A stretch of DNA of 64,000 bases from an uncultured Lentisphaerales bacterium (GTDB lineage Bacteria > Verrucomicrobiota > Lentisphaeria > JABSQK01 > UBA12247): assembly GCA_943788985.1 (NCBI GenBank), contig CALSSJ010000010.1, positions 96,001 through 160,000 of the forward strand. Reading direction: 5' to 3'. A program made the translations under genes and the position numbers. Shown one piece after another: positions 54,802 to 64,000 of this stretch (positions are counted from its first letter, which is position 1; every line of letters starts with the position of its first letter). Under the pieces are notes generated by a model. That model was not told the origin of the DNA and searched no databases. It saw only the letters and a program-made list of their open reading frames with translations.

Positions 54802-56025
54802 TCAGGGCAGGTCGAGGCCGTTATTGGGAACGCCGAGGATGTTGCAGGTGAAGTCGCCGCCGAATATCACCAACTCGTACAGAGTCTCGTCGAAATCGTG
54901 GTCTGCGAGGCAAACGGGTGGCTCGCGGCTCCCGGTTCGCGCCGCCGCAAAGATGAGGGCCCGGGCTCCGGGAGCAGGCCCAGCCATTTCATTTATCAGC
55001 TCCTGCATCCCCGTCACGTTGCGATTGATCTCGCGTCGCGTCGCAAGCAGATCGACCTCTTCAATGATCACCAGCGCGGGCTGGTGGTAGCTCGCTAGGC
55101 GAAAGACCTCGCGGATGGTCTCGGGCTCCATCGCTGTTGGCACGATTGCTGTGTGCCCGCTGCAGGCTCCACTGAGGTGCTTGCATAACAGGGTCTTTCC
55201 CGTCCTCGGAAGGCCATACAGAAGGACGCCGGTCTTGGCCACCAGTCCATGGGAGGCAAGTAGATCTTGATTGCGCGATTGTTCGACGACGCAGCGGTTC
55301 AAGACGGCCAACAACTCACCGGCGAGGGTCATCCTCGTGGGGCAAAACTCTGGCTTATCGCAGACTTGAATTGCCTGGTTGACGGCGTCACGTCCGGGGG
55401 ATACCTGCAGCAGCTTACCACGTAAAAAGGAACCCTTGCTGGCAGAGCGCATAATGGACCGAATGGCTTCGCTTGCGCCCTCTTGTGTTAATGACAAGAC
55501 CCGCAGGATGCCCCGGTCTACTGTGGCAACTGCCAATTCATAGAAGTCGTTTCTCCCACGGGCAATAAAACTAACCACACAGGGCCCGCCGTTGCGGACC
55601 AGCAAGTAGCTTGCATTGATGGGCAAGATCTCGAATGAGTCGGCACCAACTTCGATCGTTTCTCGTCTGATAGTTCCGACTTCGGCGGTGTCCCCCATCT
55701 GGCCGTCCATACACAGCACTTGACGCCCTCGGCGCATATCAATGCTCCTGGAGCTCGAGATGTCCATACGTAGGAAGCTGGCGTTCTTCCAGGTTATCCC
55801 GAGGTGTCGCGCAATGTGGTAGGCCACGCCATATCTCATGACCCAAGCTTTGACGGTCAGCCAAGACAGGAATGAGCCGATAACCACCCCGACGAGGACA
55901 GCTGTAAGCAAATGGCCTGCATGCTCATTCCAATTCGCCCAGAGAGAGCGTCCCGCGACTATCGCGAAGAGCAAAATCCAGAGGCCGCCGAGCAAGTTAG
56001 AACGAGTATCGTTTAAACGCTTCAT
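54802..56025 (-). pseudogene. Membrane-anchored AAA+ ATPase, degenerate
   Basis: Two N-terminal TM helices; altered Walker A GLPRTGKT, Walker B IIEEVD; sensor-1/SRH region appears deleted. Confidence 0.6.
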
Positions 56026-56283
56026 GGGTTCTTAGAGAGGAACTGGGGTCGAGGCGACGGAGCAAAATCAGTCGTGATGCTGTGCAGCAGCACTACCGGG
56101 CGCGCAAGGTAATGTTGCACAGTTAGCCGCCCTGACAGCACGAAAGCAAGCGGGCCGTCCCGGCCCCCGGCAGCGAACAAGCGAAAGGTCGGTTTACAGC
56201 GACCTTACGCGCGATAGGTTAGCAACTTGTGCGAGGCCCCTGCGCCCGATAATACCAGTATTGAACCAGTGTGTGACCTTCTT

Positions 56284-57942
56284 ATGGCATCCTCTCGTAT
56301 AAACCGACCTAAAACCAAGTTTATCTTTATCACTGGCGGCGTGATTTCGTCTCTGGGAAAAGGCATCACGACGGCTTCTCTGGCGCTTCTTCTGAGTCGC
56401 CGGGGCTATTCAGTGCGGATGCAAAAGCTCGATCCTTATTTGAACGTCGACCCAGGGACAATGTCTCCGTATCAGCACGGTGAAGTGTACGTCACGTCAG
56501 ATGGCGCGGAAACAGACCTGGACTTGGGCCACTACGAGCGGTTCAGCGGAATCCAGTGCGGCAAGTCGAGTAACTACACAACCGGTCGGATCTACAGCGC
56601 GGTGATCGAGCGCGAGCGCCGTGGTGATTACGACGGGAAGACCGTGCAGGTGATTCCGCATGTGACTGATGAGATCCGCGAAGCGATCTGGTCCATTGCC
56701 GCAGAAGAGCCAGACATCGCTATCATCGAGATTGGCGGGACTGTCGGTGACATTGAGTCGCTTCCCTTTATCGAGGCGATTCGCCAGATGCGGCAGGATT
56801 TGGGCCGAGGCAACTCGGTTTCCTTACACCTGACTCTGGTGCCGTATATTAAGGCGGCCGGAGAGCTGAAAACTAAGCCATCGCAGCAGTCGGTCGCCCA
56901 GTTGCGGGAGATTGGTCTGGTTCCAGACATGCTGGTCTGCCGTACGGAGCGACGGTTGGGCCGGGAGCATCGCGAGAAGCTGGCGCTGTTTTGCAATGTC
57001 GACCGCTCGCTAGTGTTTGAAGAGCGCGATGTCGCTCACACCATCTACGAGGTGCCGCTGGAGCTCGCCAAGCAAGATATGGACACCTACATCCTAGAGC
57101 ACTTGGCTCTGCATGTGCGCGCCGTCGATCTCAGCGACTGGGAAGAGATGTGCCAGCGTCATATCAGCCCGCCGAACGGTGTCGTCGAGATCGCAGTCGT
57201 CGGTAAATACGTGCAGCTTCGTGACGCGTACAAGAGCATTTTTGAAGCACTGGACCATGCCGGTATCGCCAACGGCGTACGCATTAAGACGCGCGCCGTG
57301 GACGCAGAGAAGCTCGAAGCAGAAGGCGGTGCGGCCCTCTTGGCTGGCGTGCATGGCGTTCTGGTCCCCGGCGGGTTTGGGGATCGTGGCATTGAGGGCA
57401 AGATTCAGGCCGTGCAGTTTGCCCGTGAGAAGCTCTACCCTTTTCTTGGGATCTGTCTCGGGATGCAATGCGCGGTCGTGGAGTTCAGCCGAAATGTCTG
57501 CGGATACGAAGGCGCGCACAGCAGCGAGTTTGCCCCCGACACTCCCCATCCCGTCATTCACTTGATGTCCGAGCAGGAAGGCGTGACCGAACTCGGAGGC
57601 ACCATGCGCCTGGGGGGCTGCGAGTGTAAGGTCGAGAAACGTTCCAAGGCGTATCAGGCCTACAAAGAGCAGACGATTTCGGAGCGCCACCGCCATCGCT
57701 ACGAGTTTAACAATGACTATCGGGAAAAGCTAAGCAAGAAGGGGTTGAAGTCCACGGGTGTAAACCCGGATAAGGACCTCGTCGAGATTGTTGAGTTACC
57801 AGCGCATCCATGGTTCGTGGCCGCACAATTTCATCCGGAGTTCCAGTCTACTCCGCTGCAGTCGCATCCGTTGTTTCGCGACTTCGTGAAGGCAGCCCGG
57901 GAGCGCCGCGACACCCCACCGGAGTTGTCGCTCGAGTCCTGA
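56284..57942 (+). CDS. pyrG: CTP synthase
   Basis: [49 protein letters not shown]. Confidence 0.97.
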   Translation: MASSRINRPKTKFIFITGGVISSLGKGITTASLALLLSRRGYSVRMQKLDPYLNVDPGTMSPYQHGEVYVTSDGAETDLDLGHYERFSGIQCGKSSNYTTGRIYSAVIERERRGDYDGKTVQVIPHVTDEIREAIWSIAAEEPDIAIIEIGGTVGDIESLPFIEAIRQMRQDLGRGNSVSLHLTLVPYIKAAGELKTKPSQQSVAQLREIGLVPDMLVCRTERRLGREHREKLALFCNVDRSLVFEERDVAHTIYEVPLELAKQDMDTYILEHLALHVRAVDLSDWEEMCQRHISPPNGVVEIAVVGKYVQLRDAYKSIFEALDHAGIANGVRIKTRAVDAEKLEAEGGAALLAGVHGVLVPGGFGDRGIEGKIQAVQFAREKLYPFLGICLGMQCAVVEFSRNVCGYEGAHSSEFAPDTPHPVIHLMSEQEGVTELGGTMRLGGCECKVEKRSKAYQAYKEQTISERHRHRYEFNNDYREKLSKKGLKSTGVNPDKDLVEIVELPAHPWFVAAQFHPEFQSTPLQSHPLFRDFVKAARERRDTPPELSLES

Positions 57943-58431
57943 GCAGGTACTCCTGACGAAGCAGGCCGAGAAAGCTCAGGAAGACCTGGCTATTGCTGGA
58001 CTTATCTACGTCGTCGATAAGCAACACGATGTCGCGCCCAACCTCTCGAGCAAAGCGGGCGACAAAAGCCGCAAGGCTTTCTGAGTCGGTCACGTCTTGG
58101 CCGAGTGCCTGCACGGTCTCAGGCAGACCTGGTTGATTAAATCGATCGTCTGCACGATCTGGCTCACGACCCCAGCGGCCAAGCTCTCTTCGCTGTCAAA
58201 CATCAAATCGCCTACGCCTTCGATGGATAGTGGCAGCACCAGATACTCGTCGCCAAGGCGGCGCAGCAACTCGAACAGCATGGCAGTCTTGCCGTATTGC
58301 CGGGGCCGGTTGATGGCAAAATAGTGGCCTCGTTCGATCAGAGCCCGAATGCGCGCTAACTTTCCCGACATGCCTACCATAAAGTGGCGCTGTGGGTTGC
58401 AACTTCCCGTGACATTGAATACGCGGCGCAT
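57935..58431 (-). pseudogene. Truncated and frameshifted AAA-like P-loop ATPase
   Basis: FNVTGSCNPQRHFMV...NRPRQYGKT, then in another frame VLLIDDVDKSSNSQVFLSFLGLLR; runs into the pyrG 3' end. Confidence 0.75.
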
Positions 58432-58636
58432 GATCGACCCCGGGTGAGATATATCGCCGCTACGACCCACCGCAGTCAGTGGATCATCCTCACACGAGCA
58501 AGCTTTATGGCGCGAAGGCTAGCTTGAATCACTCACGCACTATCTACTCCGAGGCGGGATTGCACATCAACTCGCCAATTTCATCGCGACGCCAAACTCA
58601 AGCTGTCTGGACACCTTTTCGTATGAATTATCCACA

Positions 58637-59272
58637 CTAGAACGGCGGTGGTGAGAAGAACTCGCAGCGTTCGCCATTTACAGGATGAGTGAAGGCCAGG
58701 GCGAAGGCGTGCAGCAGCATTTTCCCAGGGCCGGTGCCAGCGCCGTAGAGAGGATCGCCGACGATTGGCAGGCCGACTCCCAACTCATGGGCCATGTGCA
58801 CGCGCAGTTGATGCGTTCGACCTGTGACTGGATGCAGCAGGACGCGGGCACGGCCCTCCTCGACTTGGACGACTTCCCAGTGGGTAATGCCGAGCTTGCC
58901 CTGGACGGGGTCATGAATCTGGTGGGGGCGATTGTCCACATCCAAGCGAAAGCGCAGAACGACCGAGCCGGATTGCTCGCTGGGTACGCCGGTGAGGATG
59001 GCGACGTAGCGCTTGTCGGTTTCGCGGTTCTGAAACTGGATGGATAAGGCCCGCTTAGCCTCTTTCGTGCGGGCTACCAGCATGAGCCCTGAGGTATCCA
59101 TGTCGAGCCGATGCGCCTCGGGTTGGACCGGGCAATCCGCGAATTTATCTCGCACGCGCGCGGTCACGCAATCGGCGTTTTCCGGGCCGCGGCCGGGGAC
59201 TGCCAACAGGCCCGATGGCTTGCAGACCACGACAAAGGCATCGTCGATATGGAGGTACTCGAGATCAGTCAT
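58637..59272 (-). CDS. rluA: RluA-family pseudouridine synthase
   Basis: KPSGLLAVPG, HRLDMDTSGL, TGRTHQLRVH, IVGDPLY, LLHA. Confidence 0.92.
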   Translation of the reverse strand: MTDLEYLHIDDAFVVVCKPSGLLAVPGRGPENADCVTARVRDKFADCPVQPEAHRLDMDTSGLMLVARTKEAKRALSIQFQNRETDKRYVAILTGVPSEQSGSVVLRFRLDVDNRPHQIHDPVQGKLGITHWEVVQVEEGRARVLLHPVTGRTHQLRVHMAHELGVGLPIVGDPLYGAGTGPGKMLLHAFALAFTHPVNGERCEFFSPPPF

Positions 59273-59999
59273 CGAGGCCACACAGAACAAAGCCCAGAAT
59301 GGGTCTGCAGCGTTCTTCGCAGCTCGGATAGAACTCGCCACTGCGCTTGTTGCCGCTGAGGCCACCCCAATAGAACTCGGCGAGATCGACCGGCGTAAGC
59401 CCGGCCTGCGCGGCGTGGCACAGGAGCTTGGGGGCGCAGCACTCGCCCACGCCTCCGGGCATCGCCCGCTCGTTCGGATAGACTTCGCGCACGCTCCGGC
59501 ATTGGCCTGAGAAGTTGTGAAGCAGATAGAGGTCCGGCAATACGGCAAAGAGCTCTTGGGAACGCCGTTTGCGCTGGGCAAATATCTCAGCTCGGCGATC
59601 AGCGTCCTCGACTTGCGCCAAGGCCGCTGTATCCTGTTTGATCAGCGCCTGTGCAGGAAGGACGAGGTCCTGGTAGTGATTCTCGGCTAGCAAGGAACCG
59701 ACCCACCCGGGAATATTGCGAACTCCGCCATAGAGCGAGGAAAAAGCGCGTAGGACCACGGTCTTGCCCTCGGCATCCCGACACTCGAGGACGCCGAACA
59801 TGTGGCCGCGCTCTAGTTGGAAGAGATAGTCGAACGCCAATTTTGGATTTGCGGAGGCCGCATCGGTGAGGAAGTCGAGCCGTTGCAGGGCTTCGAATTC
59901 TGCCATGAGCTGGAGCGCGTGGTAGCGCGCATTGGCGGCGCCCAGGGTGTGCGTGGTGCCGCAAGCTTGGCAGAGCCCGTAACAGCCGTGGTCGCTCAT
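59265..59999 (-). CDS. Stand-alone homologue of the N-terminal domain of long-form RluA proteins
   Basis: GHMFGVL, LRAFS, PGGVGECCAPKLL, AEFYWG, FYPSCEERCRPILG. Confidence 0.75.
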   Translation of the reverse strand: MSDHGCYGLCQACGTTHTLGAANARYHALQLMAEFEALQRLDFLTDAASANPKLAFDYLFQLERGHMFGVLECRDAEGKTVVLRAFSSLYGGVRNIPGWVGSLLAENHYQDLVLPAQALIKQDTAALAQVEDADRRAEIFAQRKRRSQELFAVLPDLYLLHNFSGQCRSVREVYPNERAMPGGVGECCAPKLLCHAAQAGLTPVDLAEFYWGGLSGNKRSGEFYPSCEERCRPILGFVLCGLDD

Positions 60000-60814
60000 T
60001 CTGCCGCGATACGCGCCATGGCCAGTTTCAGGTCCGCCCAGACGGTTCGCTTGAATTGCTCCATGAAAAGGAGATACGAGGGCGGATAGGTGGCCAGGCA
60101 GGGAATTCCATCGAGCTCGAGCCAAGTGCCGCGGGTGTCTTCGAGGCGCTTCTGGAATAGCACCTGTAGCGGGACGCTGCCGAAGAGCAGGATGACTTTG
60201 GGCCGGACCAACTCGAGCTCGCGCCGTAGGTAGTGCGTGCAGCAAGGGATGGTGTCCGGGATATCGACGTCGACAAAATCCGGCTGGCAGCGAATGGTGC
60301 TGGTAAAATAGAGGGAGCGGCGAGTGAGGTTCATGGCACCGAGCATTTTCTCTAGCAACTCGCCTGCGGCACCGACTTCGTCTTGTTGTGGCCTGGCCGA
60401 GACAATTGCGAGGTCGGCCCGGGCCGGCCCGCGGCCCAGCGAGCGCTGCTCAGCACGGGCGCAGCTAGGGCAGGAGGTATCCTGCTGGAAGAGCTCGCTA
60501 AGGGCGGCTATTTCGGGGACCTGCTCGAGAGTGGGCATGCTCGCAGGCCGCGCAGCGACGGGTCTGAGCTGTGGCAGCACTTCCGCGATTGGGCGTGGCT
60601 GCGAGGGCACGTGGGCGACTGGCTTTTTGGGGGGGGCATCCGGTACGGGTGCTGTGGTGGCTGGAGGGACAGGCCGCGGAGGCTGGGCGCTGGCGATGAG
60701 TGAGAGGGCCTGCAAGTTTTCCGGGCTCACCTCGACGTACTTGTGCCCAGTATCTCGCTCTTCCTCGAGAATCGCGAGCAGTTGGCCGACGAAAGTTGCG
60801 GAGTTCGCGGTCAC
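59996..60814 (-). CDS. Uracil-DNA glycosylase family 4-like protein (divergent)
   Basis: CPSC, GRGPARADL, AGELLEKML, RCQP, YLRRELELVRPKVILLFG, TYPPSYLL, WADL. Confidence 0.8.
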   Translation of the reverse strand: MTANSATFVGQLLAILEEERDTGHKYVEVSPENLQALSLIASAQPPRPVPPATTAPVPDAPPKKPVAHVPSQPRPIAEVLPQLRPVAARPASMPTLEQVPEIAALSELFQQDTSCPSCARAEQRSLGRGPARADLAIVSARPQQDEVGAAGELLEKMLGAMNLTRRSLYFTSTIRCQPDFVDVDIPDTIPCCTHYLRRELELVRPKVILLFGSVPLQVLFQKRLEDTRGTWLELDGIPCLATYPPSYLLFMEQFKRTVWADLKLAMARIAAE

Positions 60815-61719
60815 TCGCCGGTCTCCGGCTCGGCCGTGCTGCTGAAGTCATCGAACCACGCACAGCGCTGGTCGCGGGCCTGGCTGAGGATTTGCTCCAA
60901 TGCGTCCCAGTTCTCGTTCTCGAGGGCGGCTCGGGCCGTCTGGAGCTTGGCATCGAAGGCGTCTAGGGTTTCGAGCACGGATTGCTTGTTGTGGCGAAAG
61001 ATATCGAGCCACATCTGTGGCTGGGCCGCGGCGATTCGCGAGACATCGCGAAAGCCGCCAGCGCAGGCGAGGCGTTGGGCATCGACGTCGCCATCGTCCA
61101 GCACGGTAGAGACCAGTACGCTGGAAAGCAGGTGGGGGACGTGGCTGGCTCGAGAGACCGCGGCATCGTGGCGGTTCGCTGGCAGCTCGTAGACCTGAGC
61201 ACCCATCTGGTCCCAAAATATGCGGAGGAGTTCGACGGCTTCGGGCTCGTCATCTTCTGTGGGGGTGAGAAAGACGATGCGATCCTGATAGAGGTCGGCA
61301 TCGCTATGTTCGAGCCCGGACTTTTCGGACCCGGCCATCGGGTGCGAGCCGATGAAATAGACGCCCTGATTAAAGAGGAGGTCGCGAACTTCGCGGACGA
61401 CTGAGCCTTTTACGCTACCGACATCTGTGACCAGACTGCCAGCGCGAAAGGATTTTGCATGTTGCTTGATAAAGGCGACGGAGGCCGTCAGCGGTAGGCA
61501 GATGACGGTGAGGTCTACGACCGGCAGAATCTCGGCGGGATTGTCGCTGCCAGCTTCGAGGATGTCTGCGTCACAGGCCGCTTGGAGCACTTCGGTGCGA
61601 CGAGCTATGCCGAAGACGCTTCTAGCGCCGATCCGGGTGAGTCTTTTCGCAATTGAGCCGCCGAGCAGGCCGAGGCCGGCGACTGCCACCCGGCTCGTAT
61701 TCAGAATCGTCCGTTCCAC
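60811..61719 (-). CDS. tyrA: Prephenate/arogenate dehydrogenase
   Basis: GLGLLGGS, TDVGSVK, HPMAGSEKSG, SHVPH, GGFRDVSRIA. Confidence 0.93.
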   Translation of the reverse strand: MERTILNTSRVAVAGLGLLGGSIAKRLTRIGARSVFGIARRTEVLQAACDADILEAGSDNPAEILPVVDLTVICLPLTASVAFIKQHAKSFRAGSLVTDVGSVKGSVVREVRDLLFNQGVYFIGSHPMAGSEKSGLEHSDADLYQDRIVFLTPTEDDEPEAVELLRIFWDQMGAQVYELPANRHDAAVSRASHVPHLLSSVLVSTVLDDGDVDAQRLACAGGFRDVSRIAAAQPQMWLDIFRHNKQSVLETLDAFDAKLQTARAALENENWDALEQILSQARDQRCAWFDDFSSTAEPETGE

Positions 61720-62799
61720 TCAGCCGTCGCCTTCCGCTGGCAACAGAAAGAGATCCTCGGGACGGGCAAAGCAGGTGACCATCTCGCCGACCGCGCGCAT
61801 GGGCGGGTGGAGCTCGAAGGCGCGAATGTGGAAGTCTTGGACGTTCAGGTCCAGCTGCCCGATCTCGCCCAGATAGGTGATGCCGATAATCTCTGCCTCG
61901 AAGCTGTTTTCGCCTTGGGTGATGCCACTCTGTACGGCAAGGGCTTCCGGGCGAATGCAGGCCTGGGCTTTGTCGCCGATGTTGAAGCCTTGGTGATGTA
62001 CACGGGCGCGGAACTCACCGAACGGGTTGGTAACTTGGCAACTCGCACCATCCACCTGGGTGACTTCTGCAGGCAGGCGATTGATGTCTCCGACGAACTC
62101 GGCGACGAACCGGTTGGCGGGCTTGAGGTAGATCTCGCGCGGGGTGCCGACTTGCTGCATGATGCCGCCGTGCATTACGGCGATGCGGTCGGCCATGCTT
62201 AACGCCTCTTTCTGCTCATGCGTGACGTAGACAGAGGTGAGGCCGGCTTCTTTGCAGATTCGCCGCAGCTCGGAGCGCATTAGCTGGCGCAGCTTGGCGT
62301 CGAGATTTGAGAGTGGCTCGTCGAGCAGCAGGACTTTGGGGCGCACGACGATGGCACGGGCCAAGGCCACGCGTTGTTGTTGGCCTCCGGAAAGCGCCGG
62401 TACTCTGCGGTTTGCGAACTCCACAAGTCCTACGACTTCTAGCGCTTCCATGGCTCTTGCCTTGCGTGTCTTGCTGTCTATTCCCTTAATCTGGAGCCCG
62501 AAGAGTACGTTCTCAAGCACGGTCATATGTGGCCAGAGGGCGTAGTTCTGGAAGACGAGGGCAGTCTCTCTTGCTTCGGTAGGCAGCGAGGTGACGTCTT
62601 GCTCGTCAAAGAGGATCTGGCCGTCGTCTGGCTGCAGAAAGCCAGCGATTAGGCGGAGCAGAGTGGTCTTACCACAGCCACTGGGGCCAAGCAGGAAGAA
62701 CATTTCACCGGCACCGATTCTTACGTCGATATTGGAAAGGACCGGTTTGCCTTTCTCATAGGCCTTCTGGACATGCTGAATGGTAACTGTGGTCATCAC
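61720..62799 (-). CDS. ABC transporter ATP-binding protein (PotA/FbpC-like, TOBE domain)
   Basis: GPSGCGKT, LSGGQQQR, LLLDEP, VTH. Confidence 0.95.
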   Translation of the reverse strand: MMTTVTIQHVQKAYEKGKPVLSNIDVRIGAGEMFFLLGPSGCGKTTLLRLIAGFLQPDDGQILFDEQDVTSLPTEARETALVFQNYALWPHMTVLENVLFGLQIKGIDSKTRKARAMEALEVVGLVEFANRRVPALSGGQQQRVALARAIVVRPKVLLLDEPLSNLDAKLRQLMRSELRRICKEAGLTSVYVTHEQKEALSMADRIAVMHGGIMQQVGTPREIYLKPANRFVAEFVGDINRLPAEVTQVDGASCQVTNPFGEFRARVHHQGFNIGDKAQACIRPEALAVQSGITQGENSFEAEIIGITYLGEIGQLDLNVQDFHIRAFELHPPMRAVGEMVTCFARPEDLFLLPAEGDG

Positions 62800-63085
62800 T
62801 CTGCCGTGGGTGTTGGGAAACTTAGGCTACTCTATCGTGCCGTCGTTATTTTTGTAGTCCGAAGGGGCAGTTGCGCTGGATGGTGGGGGCACACGCCGCA
62901 GAAAAATGAATCACTAACAGGCAGCAACGAATTGCCAAATGAAGAGTGGCGTCATCCCCGGCCTTTGCGCATTCGAGATTCGCTGGCTGTTGGATATTCC
63001 CGGGATGCTAGTGTGGCGTGTTACAAGTTCGTTGGAAAATCCGAAATGCCTCTTGCATCGACCGACGAACTTGCGAGATACCACA

Positions 63086-63985
63086 CTAGAAGGAGTAGAC
63101 CAAGAGGGTGTTGTAGGTAGTCTGCATTTCCTTGGCGATGTCAGAGTAGAGATTGCGCAGCTCGAGCCGGAGTTTTAGGGAACCACTGGCGCTTACGGGC
63201 ATGTCGAGTCGGTTCTCAAGTTCGAGCTGGAGGTGATTATCACCCTCGAGCAGCGGGGTGTAGCGGACGGAGCTGGCAAGCTTGCCTTGATTGGACCAGC
63301 GCTGGGTATAGAACAGCCCCATGTCGACACCGGGCTCGGCAGAGCTCTGGCCGTCTTCGTATTCTTCGAAGCGCCAAAGGCTGCCGAGACGGGCTTCGAG
63401 CGAGCGTGGTTTGGCGTCAAAGAGAAAGTAGCCAAGGCCCACGCTGGCAGTGGAACGCAGAGTCAGCTGTTCAATGGCGTCGGTTTCAAGCTCGTTGCGC
63501 ATGTACACGGAGTTGCGCCCACAGAAGCGTGTGTATAAGTCGACGCCGCCGACGAGTTCGTTGTTTACGGCGTCCTCGTCACGCTGGGCGTAGTTCCCAC
63601 GCATGTAGGTCTTGAGGCTCTTGCGGGCAGTCTTCTGCTGGGCGGCAAAGCTGCCATAGACGCGGTTGTACTCGCGCTGGGCGGATTTTCCGGTGACCCC
63701 TGCGCTGATCTCGAAGCGCCAGTTGTCCTTGGTCGCAGCTTTCTTCTGGAGAGGAGAGGATTGAACGACGGCAGTGGCGTTGGCTGGTGAGACTGGCTTG
63801 ATGGCCGCGCGTGGGATATCGAGCAGCCCCAGAAGGGTAGTTTTTAGTTGGACGTGGTCGGCCGTTTGGGCGGTGATCTCGCCATGTAGGACGGTGCCGT
63901 CGCGCAACTGGATGGCTTCGCCAAAGGTGATGCCGGGTAGGAGGAGGATCAGAAGTGCGGTGGTGTGTTTCAAAATGCTTGCCAC
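63086..63985 (-). CDS. DUF481-like outer-membrane beta-barrel protein
   Basis: Signal peptide, LRDGTVLHGEI N-domain, GLGYFLF, terminal YSF. Confidence 0.8.
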   Translation of the reverse strand: MASILKHTTALLILLLPGITFGEAIQLRDGTVLHGEITAQTADHVQLKTTLLGLLDIPRAAIKPVSPANATAVVQSSPLQKKAATKDNWRFEISAGVTGKSAQREYNRVYGSFAAQQKTARKSLKTYMRGNYAQRDEDAVNNELVGGVDLYTRFCGRNSVYMRNELETDAIEQLTLRSTASVGLGYFLFDAKPRSLEARLGSLWRFEEYEDGQSSAEPGVDMGLFYTQRWSNQGKLASSVRYTPLLEGDNHLQLELENRLDMPVSASGSLKLRLELRNLYSDIAKEMQTTYNTLLVYSF

Positions 63986-64000
63986 TGCCAGTATTGGATG

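Noticed and set aside
56115..56131. TTGCACAGTT shared between the pyrG upstream region and the rpsB promoter
   Set aside because: Only 10 bp and no properly spaced -10 at the pyrG copy; could be chance.

Overview
GC-rich bacterial chromosomal window, probably PVC superphylum (Lentisphaerae/Verrucomicrobia-like; low-confidence impression from gene content). Intact housekeeping genes include rlmI-like, htpG, purB, pdxS/pdxT, rpsB-tsf-pyrH, a cysteine desulfurase, hemG/hemY, pyrG, tyrA and rluA. They are interleaved with accessory DNA and many decayed gene remnants (FadL-like, IS256, alpha-2-macroglobulin, GH127, GspE/PilB, two AAA ATPases). The most striking feature is at 29.2-31.5 kb. A four-helix-bundle (IVS-protein/Avd-fold) gene with a C-terminal topoisomerase-type C4 zinc finger is flanked on both sides by a co-oriented array of about 160-220 bp units. 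Each unit is built from TGAC-registered 8-10 bp modules in inverted arms plus an invariant hairpin core, and there are 9 cores in total. No transposase, RT or cas gene lies next to it. Other notable items: a ~4 kb WYL + Phd/VapC island bounded by a 210-bp duplication of a TPR gene's 3' end, a coupled SNF2 helicase + Zn-finger/helicase-associated partner, a UDG-family protein that has lost its catalytic motifs, and a split long-form RluA. No rRNA, tRNA or CRISPR array was recognised. All calls come from reading motifs by eye; no database searches were run.
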